From: Podarcis muralis
Taxonomy: Eukaryota
NCBI RefSeq assembly: GCF_964188315.1
Contig: NC_135661.1
Location: forward strand, 60,140,001-60,204,000
Reading direction: 5' to 3'
Length of the DNA: 64,000 nt
Part shown: piece after piece, positions 47,090 through 57,807 of the stretch
Layout: every line of letters starts with the position of its first letter
How positions within the stretch are numbered: the stretch's first letter is position 1
Program-made: the position numbers and the translations under genes
The notes under the pieces: model-generated
The model's input: the letters and a program-made list of their open reading frames with translations, nothing else
Told to the model about the DNA's origin: nothing
Databases searched by the model: none

Positions 47090-47344
47090 CAAGAACTAAC
47101 TTAGTTGGTCTTTAAGGTGCTACTGGAAGGAATTTTTTTTGTTTTGACTATGGCAGACCAACACGGCTACCTATCTGTATCTGTGAGGTGAGTGAGGCTG
47201 AGAGACTTCAGAGAAGTGTGACTAGCCCAAGGTCACCCAGCAGCTGCATGTGGAAGAGCGGGGACGTGAACCCAGTTCACCAGATTACGAGACTACCGCT
47301 CTTAACCACTACACCACACTGGCTTGCCCCAGGTCCACTATGGG

Positions 47345-47495
47345 TTTGTGCTTCCTGACTGCTGTACTTCAGACTTTGCTTACTTGGATTGTCCCTGGAC
47401 TGTGTTTCCTGACCATTGGGTTTTGGACTTTGCTTAAATGGATTGACACCCGGACCATGTTTCCTGACCATTGAACTTTGGACTTGACATACTGT
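47345..47495. repeat. Degenerate ~54-bp tandem repeat (about 2.7 units)
   Basis: tg(c/t)ttcctgac...gacttt gctta...ggattg...ggac units; a related 2-unit copy lies at 48258-48358. Confidence 0.65.
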
Positions 47496-47716
47496 TTTCG
47501 CCAGCGGGACTTGCTGTCAGGTAGGCTGGGGGTACAGTGTAAGAAAAACATTGGGGCCTCCTTTGATCAGTAGAATGTCTGGTATCTAGTGGGCGGGGCT
47601 TGTGTGTTCTGCTACGGAATCAGCCCCTCCCCTCAGGGTGTTCCGTTAAGTTTCAGTTAAGAGGGACCAACTGTCTCATCTTGTTTTTTGCCTCAGATTT
47701 GCCTTGTGTTGTTGTA

Positions 47717-48089
47717 CCGTATTGGCCCAAATATAAGCTGCACCTGAATATAAGCCGCACTTTTAAAATTGGAGGGGGGGGGAGAAAAAATACCCGGATA
47801 TAAGCCACTCCATTCCTTGCTGCTCCTGGCTGCATATTGGGGGGGGGGAGGAGCCGTGCTGCGTTGCGTTGCTGGCAGCCTTTGCCCTTTCTTGCTCTCT
47901 CTCCCTTCCTGGCCTTGGGGGAGAGGATGGGGGACTATGTGCGGGTCTGGCACCACTTCGCCGTGCTCCTGGCACTGTTTGCTCCACGCTCCTGGCTGCA
48001 TAGTGTAAGGTCGCGGATATAAGCTGCACTTTAACTTCTCATGGTCGGAATTTGGGGAAAAAGTGAGGCTTATATTCAGGCCAATACAG
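47717..48089. mobile_element. Tc1/mariner (Tc2-type) non-autonomous element, complete
   Basis: TA|CCGTATTGGCCCAAATATAAGC ... GCTTATATTCAGGCCAATACAG|TA; repeated subterminal tataagc(c/t)gcac motifs. Confidence 0.88.
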
Positions 48090-48257
48090 TATCTAGTTTC
48101 TCTCATCATGTTATTTTGTTAGATTTCTTTATCATTGAAGCTTTGCTTCACACTTAGGTGAGCCACTTATTTTTCTCAAAGAAAAGGAAACTCTGCAAAG
48201 GAAAGGTATGGAGTGTCCTAAACTGCGGGAGTGAGGGGATATCCCCAGTTTGCCAAG

Positions 48258-48358
48258 AGGTTTCCTGACCACTGGGCTTTGGACTTTGCTTATATGGGAT
48301 TGACCCCAGACCGTGTTTCCTGACTGCTGAACTTTGGACTTGACGTACTGTATATGAC
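48258..48358. repeat. Second copy of the ~54-bp tandem module
   Basis: gtttcctgaccactgggctttggactttgctta...gtgtttcctgactgctgaactttggacttgacgtactg aligns to ~47402-47494; ends tatgaca. Confidence 0.65.
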
Positions 48359-48804
48359 ATTTAGCTGGCTCTTCATATGTTCTTACATGCATTCCAGGTC
48401 GATGTGATGTCAGTTTGGATGGAGGTGGGGGAGTTGATAGGGGGAAAGATTAAATGGTTGATTTTGTCTGATGCATTAATGTGTGAAATGTACACATCTG
48501 TCTGGCATTTTCTGCTGCAACAAGCAAAATCCCCACTGCCGATCTATACTATCCCTGCTAAAGAGGTCTTTATTGACACTAAGCAAGTGTGACGTGGCAT
48601 TCCGGATTACCCTTTCCTTGCAGAAAGAGTCTCCCTTTTCTCGGCGCAGCAGAGAGTGGCCATCCAGTCTCATTTCGGTGCCCCTGTTGCTCTGAAGCAA
48701 AGTTTTGTCAGCTCCAGTAAGCAGCCTAAACAGGTTGAGTTTTTGACACTAGCAAGTGGTTGTGGAGGCAGGTAGAGAGAGAGGTGGCCAGACATGGACT
48801 ATGG

Positions 48805-49103
48805 TAGAACTGTAGAGTTGGAAGAGACCCCAAGGGTTCTCTGGTCTAATCTCCTGTCATGCAGGAATTGCAGCTAAGAATCCCTGACTGGTGACCATCC
48901 CTCCTCTGCCTAAAAACCTCCTATGAAGAAGAGTCCACCACCTTCTGAAAGAGTCCATTGCACTGTTGAGCATCTATTGCCACCAGAAAGTCAGAATCTT
49001 GTTTCTTGTTGTTTGAATCCTTTGGTTTGGGTACTATCCTCTGGAGAAGGACAAAACAAGCTTGCTCCATCTTCCATGTGACAGCCCTTTAGATATCTAA
49101 AGT
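48805..49103 (-). mobile_element. Old CR1 3' end
   Basis: tagaactgtagagttggaagagaccccaaggg...aaaacctcctatgaagaagagtccaccacc...cttccatgtgacagcccttt agatat is colinear with the young CR1 at ~2125-2440. Confidence 0.8.
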
Positions 49104-49221
49104 GAGGAGCATCTCAGAGGGGCTTTAGGGCTGATTAGGTCAGCATCAGGCTATGCAAGTGAGAGATCAGGATTGTATCTGCTCTGGCTCCAGAAACATC
49201 TAGGCAGAGCCACAGATGCAA

Positions 49222-49325
49222 CTGTAGAGTCTCTTCCTGTCCTACCTGTAGATTCCAGGGATTGAACCTGGGATCATCTGCATGCAAAACAAATGCTCTA
49301 GCACTGAGCTACTGCCCCCCACTCC
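49222..49325 (-). mobile_element. Squam2-type SINE head
   Basis: ccagggattgaacctgggatcatctgcatgcaaaacaaatgctctagcactgagctac. Confidence 0.7.
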
Positions 49326-49534
49326 CTACTTGGCATGGTATAGACAGAGGTATGTGGCACAGCTCTCAGGGATGGTTGCCAGCTCTTGAAATCAAAAACT
49401 CTGGAACCTTGTTGGGTCATGATGGAAGAGCTCTCTTGTTCAGGAGCAGAGTGGAGAGCAGGTCTGACCCTGGAGCCCAGGCGTTATTGGTGGGTTTGGG
49501 GAGGGGAAGCTGAGCATCAAGGAGATTTGATCAT

Positions 49535-49581
<47 letters not shown>

Positions 49582-49648
49582 TTATCATTTGTTATCCCCA
49601 GCCACTCTGGGCGGCTTCCAAAAATATATATTAAAATACTCTAATACA

Positions 49649-52626
49649 TCAAACATTAAAAGCTTCCCTGAACAGGGCTGCCTTCAGATGTCTTCTTCTA
49701 AAAGTCTGGTAGTTGTTGTTCTCTTTGACATCTGGTGGGAGGGCATTCCACAGGGAGGGCGCCACTACCAAGAAGGCCCTCTGCCTGGTTCCCTGTAACT
49801 TGGCTTCTCGCAGTGAGGGAACCACCAGAAGGCCCTCGGAGCTGGACCTCAGTGTCTGGGTAGAACGATGGGGGTGGAGACGCTCCTTCAGGTATACAGG
49901 ACCGAGGCCGTTTAGGGCTTTAAAGGTCAACACCAATACTTTGAACTGTGCTCGGAAACGTACTGGGAGCCAATGTAGGTCTTTTAGGACCGGTGTTATG
50001 TGTTCCCGGCGGCCGCTCCCAGTCTAGCTGCCGCATTCTGGATTAGTTGTAGTTTCCGGGTCACCTTCAAAGGTAGCCCCACGTAGAGCGCATTGCAGTG
50101 GTCCAAGCGGAAGATAACCAGAGCATGCACCACTCTGGCGAGGCAGTCCGCAGGCAGATAGGGTCTCAGCCTGCGTACCAGATGGAGCTGGTAAACAGCT
50201 GCCCTGGACACAGATTTGACCTGTGCCTCCATGGACAGCTGCGAGTCCAAAATGACTCCCAGGCTGCGCACCTGGTCCTTCAGGGACACAGTTACCCCAT
50301 TCAGGACCAGGGAATCCTCCACACCTGCCCGCCTCCTGTCCCCCAAGAACAGTACTTCTGTCTTGTCAGGATTCAACCTCAATCTGTTAGCCGCCATCCA
50401 ACCTCCAACCGCCTCCAGGCACTCACACAGGACCTTCACCGCCTTCACTGGTTCTGATTTGAAAGAGAGGTAGAGCTGGGTATCATCCGCATACTGATGA
50501 ACACCCAGCACAAACCCCCTGATGATCTCTCCCAGTGGCTGCATATAGATGCTGAAAAGCATGGGGGAGAGGACAGAACCCTGAGGCAACCCACAAGTGA
50601 GAGCCCGGGGGTCTGAACACTCATCCCTCACCACCACTTTCTGAACACGGCCCAGGAGAAAGGAGCGGAACCACTGTATGACAGTGCCCCCAGCTCCCAG
50701 CCCCTCAAGACGGTCCAGAAGGATGTTATGGTCGATGGTATCAAACGCCGCTGAGAGATCCAGCAGAACTAGAAAACAGCTCTCACCTTTGTCCCTAGCC
50801 TGCCGGAGATTATCAACCAGTGCAACCAAGGCAGTTTCAGTCCAATGATGAGGCCTGAATCCCGACTGGAAGGGATCCAAATGGTTCGCTTCTTCCAGGC
50901 GTGTCTGGAGTTGTTCAGCAACCACTCGCTCAATCACCTTGCCCAAGAATAGAAGATTTGAGACTGGGCGATAGTTGGCCATCTGCATCTAAAGTTGGTT
51001 TTTTAAGAAGCGGTTTAATAACCACCTCTTTCAGCGGGTCTGGGAAGGCTCCCTCACGGAGGGAAGCATTCACCACCTCACGAAGCCCATCGCCCAGTCC
51101 TTCCCAGCTAGCTTTTATAAGCCAGGATGGGCAAGGATCAAGGAGACAAGTGGTTGGTTTCACTCATCCAAGCAGCCTGTCCACATCCTCGGGGGTAACA
51201 GATTGGAATTGATCCCACACAACTTGACTAGACAGGACTCTAGCACTCTCTCGCCCCGGCCCTGCTCCCACGGTGGAGTCTACCTCTTCTCGAATCTGAG
51301 CGACTTTATCTGCAAAAAACTTTGCAAAATCATTGCAGGAGATCATGTGGCCCGTATTGGGCCCTGATGGAGCAGGTGGTTCTGCTAAATTGCGAACCAC
51401 CTGAAAGAGTCTCCTGCTGCTGTTTTCTGCAGATGCAATAGAGGCGGTGAAGAAGGTCTTCTTCGCCGTTGCTATCGCCACATGGTAGGCTCGACATTGA
51501 GCTCTGTCCGGTCAGATTCAGAATGGGTTATCCACCACCGGCGCTCTAGCCTTCTCAATGATTGTTTCATTGCCCTCAGATCCATGGAAAACCATGGGGC
51601 TGTCCGGGCTCCATGCAATCGGAGAGGGCGCTTTGGAGCCAAACAGTCAATAGCCCTGGTTAACTCCACATTCCAGCGGGCCACCAGGGAATCAGCTGAA
51701 AGGCCATCAACATGGGATAAAACATCCCCTACCACTCTCTGGAAACCATTTGGATCCATTAAGTGGCGGGGGCGGACCATCTGAATCGGTCCCACCTCCC
51801 TGCAGAGGGGAAGGGTCACGGAGAAGTCCAGTTGCACCAGGAAGTGATCTGACCATGGCACTTCTTTCGTTTCGCTTTTACTTAGTGTCAGATCACCAAC
51901 ATCCATAGAGGTAAACACCAGGTCCAAGGCTATGGGTTGGGCCAGACTTATTCAGGGACAGCCCCATGGAGGCCATGCTTTCCATGAAGTCCCGAGCGGC
52001 CCCTTGTAAGGTCGTGTCGGCATGGATGTTAAAATCCCCTAGGACAACCAAACTAGGTGTCTCCAGGAGAACATCTGCCACGACCTGAAGCAACTCGGGC
52101 AGGGAATCCTTGGTGCAGCAGGGAGGTCGGTACACCAATAGGAATCCTGTACTGCCCCTATTGCCCAACCTCCAGAACATGCACTCAGAAAACTGGGTTT
52201 TGCCAATAGGACGCCTGGTGCAGACTAATGACTTCCAAAAAATCACTGCAACCCCCCCCCCTCCCCACCCACAAGGCCTGGGTTGCTGTGCGTAAGAGAA
52301 TCCTGGTGGACAAGCAGCGGCAAGGACAGGCCCATCTGCTTCATCCAACCAAGTCTCTGTTACACATGCCAGGTCAAATCCTCCATCCACAATCAAGTCA
52401 TGGATCACAGTGGTTTTATGGATCATTGACCTGGCATTGCAGAGCAGCACCTTCAGGTCGTGTGGGTATCCCCAGACCTGGAGGCAGGGATAGTCCTCAA
52501 GCAACAACTAAGCCTGCTTCCTCGGTAATGACATGGTCTGGTCTTAGCGTAACTCCTCCTCCTACCCGTGATCACTGAGATCGGTTGTCCCAGTGCATTC
52601 CCCCCTGTGGAACCTGCCCCAGCCAT
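49649..52626 (-). pseudogene. L2 ORF2 (AP endonuclease + reverse transcriptase), frameshifted
   Basis: EN motifs LLCNARS, CVTETW, VYRPP, LGDFNIH, SDH; RT motifs NYRPVSNL, FQSGFRPHH.TETAL, LLDLSAAFDTIDH, LPQGSVLSP, QYADDTQL. Split over ORFs 52453..52716, 51893..52507, 51472..51927, 51164..51481, 50930..51163, 49996..50988 and 49649..49936. Confidence 0.95.
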
Positions 52627-52832
52627 TTTGATTGCTGGGACCCACTCCCAGGCAGCCCTGACCCCACCCCTTAAAATCAAAATAAAACCTATAGAAAAAA
52701 CAAACCAACAGAACAATAAAACAATAAAACCAAAAACCAGAGAAAGTTACAAACACAACATAATTAAATTAAATTAAATTAAATTAAACAAATTCCCACA
52801 TCCAAGTAAACACCCACCCCACCCCACACACC

Positions 52833-53087
52833 CGAGGCCTCCTTGGAGCCTTATAAGCTGCGGTGGTGAGTATGGGGCCCACCCCCAGGCCCAAGGTGGA
52901 AAATGGGCTTCAAGGGGGAGCGGTCCTCCCCACAAACTCATGGCAGAGCGGCAGCAGCAATGTCCCGGGCCTCCTTGGAGCCTTATATGCTGTGGTGGAA
53001 TATGGGGCCCTCCCCCAAGCCCAAGGTGGAAAATGGGCTTCAAGGGGGAGCGGTCCTCCCCACAAACTCACGGCAGAGCGGCAGCAG
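52833..53087. repeat. Two tandem GC-rich ~130-bp units upstream of L2 ORF2
   Basis: ggcctccttggagcc starts at 52836 and 52968; gcagagcggcagcag ends at 52957 and 53087. Confidence 0.9.
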
Positions 53088-53244
53088 TTTAAAACCCTCT
53101 GTGTATGTTCAGACAATATGTGTGGGCATCCAGAGCACCACCTCAGCCCTAACATCCCCTCCATGCCTGAACTTCCTGAATTGAACAGGAAGTTCAGAAG
53201 GGGGATTATGATAGCATTCTTCTGGTGAAGCAGGGGGCTCTGAA

Positions 53245-53372
53245 AACAGCCCTTCAGAGATTTGAATATGGTTCTCAGATCACCCAGCAGTCTCCTCTTC
53301 TCCAGGCTAAACATACTCAACTCTCTCAACCATTTCTCATAAGGCTTGGCTTCCAGACCTTTGATCAACTTG
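53245..53372 (-). mobile_element. CR1 ORF2 3' fragment (old)
   Basis: [41 protein letters not shown]. Confidence 0.85.
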
Positions 53373-53594
53373 GAGGGACATGGAGCTGGGATGGCATTCA
53401 TCCCACTCCCCATGTGCACATTTATGTCCATGCATGTTTTTTTTTGAATACCCCACATATTCACTGAACTACAGCTACTGCTGTTCAGCTTTTTAAAAAC
53501 TGCTTAAATCGCTCTCTCTCTCTCTCTCTCTCTCTGTAGTGTGTCTGTGAAAGGCTTATCCCCTCCCCACTCTTCTGAAACTGATGCCACAGCA

Positions 53595-53595
53595 A

Positions 53596-53657
<62 letters not shown>
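53595..53657. repeat. Compound (CA)n(GA)n microsatellite
   Basis: Direct read; a (CT)n run lies nearby at ~53512-53535. Confidence 0.95.
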
Positions 53658-53660
<3 letters not shown>

Positions 53661-54654
53661 GGCAGTCCTTGCTACCCTCCTTCCCTGGTCAGTTTGTACT
53701 TTTTGATTGCTTGTGGCTGTGAGTTCCGTTCCATGTATAAATCACATACATTTGCTAAATGGTCACTTATTTTGCATAAAAGAAATTATTTTGCATAAAG
53801 GGAACTCATCTAGATGGAGCAATGGTCTCAGCTAGTATAAGACAGATTCCTATGTTCCTATACATTGCTAAGGTTTCCCCCCCTCCTTTTCCTTTTAAAA
53901 AAGCATTTGTGTAATTGTAACTCTGCTTCTTCTCCTCATTCATGCATCAATGGATCCCAAACTGTATCTCAAGAAAAAAAAAAAAAATGAGGGGCAGGCA
54001 CAGTGCTCATGGGAGGGAGGGAGGGATGGGGAGAAATGGCACGCACTAGAAAGATTTCCCTCCATGGTCATGTCTGCCCATTTAATCACAGGTTAATTGC
54101 CATGAAGCGGGCATCAGGGGGAGAAGCTTCCAGGCCAGTTACATCGTTAGAAGAGGGATAAATAAATAAATAATGCATTGTCTTCCAAAGCCCACTGTGT
54201 GCAAGTTACACGGTAGCCATAATTACTTTTTTTTGGAGATGCAATTACTGGGCAATGTGGTGGAACGTGTAATTTTCAGAGTATTGACATAAGCCCTTTC
54301 CCAAGAACCCTCTTTATGCCTGGGGAAGGGGTCAGACTCTAACATTTTGCTGAAAAGTGGTCAGAAATCAAGAGCTCCTGCTGATTTTAAACAAGTCTGT
54401 AGTAGATAACCCATGTGAACTTCGTTGTTGTTACACATAAAGGGAAATGACCCATATGTAATGTTCACCAGCAGATAACTCCATAATCAGCATATGGAAT
54501 TCACTGCCACAGGATGTCATGAAGGCACCTACTCTGAGGGCTTCAAAAGTGGATTAGGGAAAGCTCATGGCCAGAATAGCTAAGAAAACACCCAATGCTG
54601 TTACCCGCAAGACCTGCGGTACACTTGACAGAGGGGTATAATTTAGAGTTTTAT

Positions 54655-55275
54655 AACATTATTCAGGATGTGTGGGAAACGGATTTTCTCCTTCTCTTAT
54701 ACTGCTGAAACTCAGTGGGCTCATTCAAAAGCCTGAAGATAAAGGACAGACAAGAGGAAGGAATTCTTTACACAGTGCATAGTTAACCTATGGTATTCAC
54801 TGTCACGAGATGTGATGGTGGTCAGCAGCTTAAAGGTAAAGGGACCCCTGACCGTTGGGCCCAGTCGTGGCCGACTCTGGGGTTGCGGCATTCATCTCAC
54901 TTTATTGGCCAAGGGAACCGGCGTACAGCTTCCGGGTCATGTGGCCAGCATGACTAAGCTGCTTCTGGCGAACCAGAGCAGCGCACGGAAACGCCGTTTA
55001 CCTTCCTGCTGGAGTGGTACCTATTTATCTACTTGCACTTCGATGTGCTTTCGAACTGCTAGGTTGGCAGGAGCAGGGACCGAGCAACGGGAGCTCACCC
55101 CGTCGTGGGGATTCGAACCGCTGACCCTCTGATCGGCAACTCCTAGGCTCTGTGGTTTAACCCACAGTGCCACCCGCGTCCCTTCCTGGTCAGTAGCTTA
55201 GATGGCTTTAAAAGAGGGTTAGACAAATTCTAGGAAGATAAGGATATCTATGGCTGTTCATCATTATGGCTATAT
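54655..55275 (+). mobile_element. Old CR1 3' fragment, split by a Sauria SINE
   Basis: ggacagacaagaggaaggaattctttacacagtgcatagttaacctatggtattcactg...[SINE]...gatggcttttaaaagagggttagacaaattc gives RTDKRK.FFTQ.IV.LW.SL / DGFKRGLDKF. Confidence 0.75.
54832..55183 (-). mobile_element. Sauria SINE (Squam1), full-length
   Basis: Tail aaaggtaaaggg, complete head to cgcgtccct; ~14-bp TSD TGGTCAG(C/T)AGCTTA (54819-32, 55187-200); CpG-rich, so probably young. Confidence 0.93.
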
Positions 55276-56262
55276 ATTAGGGGTTTGCAAACTATATGTG
55301 CTGTGTTCATAAATATTATGTGTCTTGAAGTAGCCTCATCTGCTTTGGATCTGCTCTGTGTTGTTCTGATTCATTATTGTGCTCTAAATCTGATCTGCTA
55401 AATCTGAAGCCCTTTCTCACCCCCACTGATTCTAATTGGGAATGTAAAAATGTCTATATCCTTTCCCCCATTTCGCATAAGTGGATAAAATTTGCAGGCG
55501 AAGGAGTCCCTCCAGAGTGGTTTAACATGCCCTTGTAACTCTTGTCTAATTATTGTATTTTCAAATGCATTGTAATAAGCCTCCTCAAGAACTTAATCAG
55601 TAGGTGAGGGAATAAACATGCCATGTAAACACATAATAGATATTAGACCTCCTCAAACCTCATATATTGAGTCATTCCAAGCAAACTTTATATGGCACAA
55701 CCTTGGTTGTAGCTGTGACATTTCTGCCCAGAGAAATCTGGAAGAAGAAGCAGGGGAGCCATGAGCATAGCAACGGAACTGCCAAGCCAAGGTGAGAATT
55801 TTGCAAAGGGGAAAGAGCATCGGCGAGAGCAAGATTTGCTCCAGGGCTCCAGCATTTCAGTAATGTGACCGATGTTTTTGAATGTGAAGCTGTTGACCCA
55901 ATCAGGCTTGATCACTCTCAGCCATTCATCTTGTTGACTTGGCAAAGCACTCGCCTGTTCCAGCAAAGCATGGTGGGGGAGAGGAGGCGATGTATTAAGA
56001 GCTGAAATGGTTTCACTGTCAGGAGCTGGAAGGAACACGATGCATGAATCAGCCCTCTTAGTCCCAGGAAGAAATAAGCAAACAAGCCCAATTAATCCAA
56101 CATGTTTATACTTCCACAAATGTTTTGTTACTAATAATATTTCGGGAGGACTCATCCATCTTGCAGATGTCCACGGGCTGCCTAGCATTCATTCCATGAA
56201 CACTTCAAGCTCAGGAACATGTGATCAGTGTCACATGCAGTGCTTTCTTTTCAGGGAGTACC

Positions 56263-56308
<46 letters not shown>

Positions 56309-56338
56309 TTTATTTATACTCCGCCCATCTGGCTGGGA
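56263..56338 (-). mobile_element. L2 extreme 3' stub with (TAA)n tail
   Basis: (taa)n followed by ttttatttatactccgcccatctggctggga, as at ~17990-18050 in reverse. Confidence 0.8.
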
Positions 56339-57663
56339 CTGACACCTCTTTTTTGTTGTTGCTAAAATGTGTGGCACTTAGTGTAAGTACCCGGTGAGTA
56401 CCAACACCTATTTTTATAGAAAAGAAACACTGGTCACATGTAACCTGGGATTATTAGATGCCAAGAGCAGATTCAGACAATTCTTCACGCTGTGGCTTCA
56501 GGCCAAAGCCGCCTCTTGTTGAACTTTGGGAGAGAGATCTTGCAGTGTTCTTGTGAATGACTACAGCATTCGCTCCATTAATTGAATCAATGGCTAAATC
56601 CCAGGTGGGAAATGGGCACAGTCTCAGAGCTCTGGCCTCTGATGGGTACGGGCCCTGGTATAAAGCAGCTTTCTGTCTCCCACCAAATCTGGATATCCCG
56701 TTGGGGTTCCAGGGCTGGGGAAGCCAGAAAGCTCCTGCTTCAGAGAAACAGCAAAGGAATTTGGAAGTGAAGTAAAGAGAGGTTTCAATAAGACCAGCCA
56801 AATGGTTAAGCGTTTCCATGCTTTCACTCCGCTGAACCCCCTCGTAACCCCTTTGGGCCTGCCTGATTGCAAAATGACGTTGAATCTCAGTGGCAATTTC
56901 TGAAGGGATGAAGAGTGGGTCAAGGCAATCTGTGAGAAGATCTCCCCCCCCCCCCAACACACACAATTTTGTGTGTGAGGGGGGAGTGACGACGAGAGAC
57001 AAGGAAAATCCGAGGACATGATGGAATACGAGTGAGATAACAAAGCCGTTTTGCTTGTGTCCTAGAAACAAGGCGCAAAAATGCCAATAAGAAGAAGACT
57101 GTAAACAGGAATGAATCACTAACAGTTGGGAAGTGAGTGACAAATGATGTGATTTTAAGAAATGTGTTCACAAAAGACCTTGTGTGTAAGCAGGCACTTT
57201 TGTAAGATTTTATGGGGATTTTTTGCATGTGCATGAGTAATTCTATACATTTTTAATAACAGACCCTGGAAAGGGAAGTCAATCACAGGGTGCACCTGCT
57301 GTTTCCTCTAGCATGATGGGGAATGTAATGCGCACTTAGCGGCAAACACAGCGCTTGCAGCCCTGCATCCCCAAGACACAGCACAAGGGAGCTGTCCGTG
57401 GAAGGAGGGAAGGAAGTTTTGGGTCAGAATTTGTTTAAGCAGGGAGACGCACAAACCCTGTCCCATGATTCTCATAGATTCTACCACCTTCTTGCATGCT
57501 TGCATCGCAGATCAGGATTACTTAATCACAGCCACCAAAGTAGACTGGAGAGTTGCACACACTGGATCTGAATTCCATTTCTGTGTTATTTATCATTGTA
57601 GGCTGAACTAGATGGACCAATGAAGTCTGTCTGGGTATAAGGGGTTTTTCTTCCCCTTTGAAT

Positions 57664-57807
57664 CAGGGCTCAGTGAGAGAACATCAGCTCTGCATGCTGA
57701 AGCTCTCCAGTTCAATCCCCAGCAGCATTTCTAGGTAGGGCTGGGAAAGAACACTGTTTGAAATTCCGGAGAGTCGGTCAGTGTGGCCAACACTGAGCTA
57801 GATGGAC
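57664..57807 (+). mobile_element. Squam2-type SINE (degraded)
   Basis: gctcagtgagagaacatcagctctgcatgctgaag...ttcaatcccc...gtagggctgggaaag...gtcagtgtggccaacactgagctagatggac. A separate 3' piece sits at ~57600-57645. Confidence 0.7.

Larger units (their letters stand above)
46886..47179. mobile_element. Penelope-like retroelement pseudo-LTR fragment in inverted/tandem arrangement
   Basis: 11-12-bp TSD TCTGTGAGGTG(A) (46875-86, 47180-91); perfect 97-bp inverted arms 46886-46982 and 47049-47145; partial third copy 46982-47040; terminal gactatggcagaccaacacggctacc and hammerhead core resemble reptile PLE ends as I recall them. Confidence 0.8.
46772..47323 (-). mobile_element. Squam3-type SINE (CTT tail), split by a Penelope-like insertion
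   Basis: Minus strand gccagtgtggtgtagtggttaagagcggtag head, CORE ctgggtgaccttgggctagtcacac, 3' end gtagtgataaagcgggatatcaaatccaaactcttctcttcttc. The halves rejoin at tctgtgaggtga. Confidence 0.88.
49536..53095 (-). mobile_element. Near full-length L2 LINE (~3.5 kb)
   Basis: (TTA)n tail 49536-49580; APE endonuclease and RT domains in order; short 5' region with tandem ~130-bp units. The 5' boundary is inferred. Confidence 0.93.

Noticed and set aside
49996-50988. 330-aa RT ORF as a functional or domesticated gene
   Set aside because: It is one frameshift-bounded piece of the L2 ORF2, disabled on both sides.
52910-53464. 184-aa minus-strand ORF
   Set aside because: A chance fusion of a CR1 fragment with unique DNA and the L2-associated tandem repeat.
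55688-56188. 166-aa minus-strand ORF
   Set aside because: No recognisable homology. The plus-strand 60-nt exon candidate explains local signals at least as well, and neither is established.
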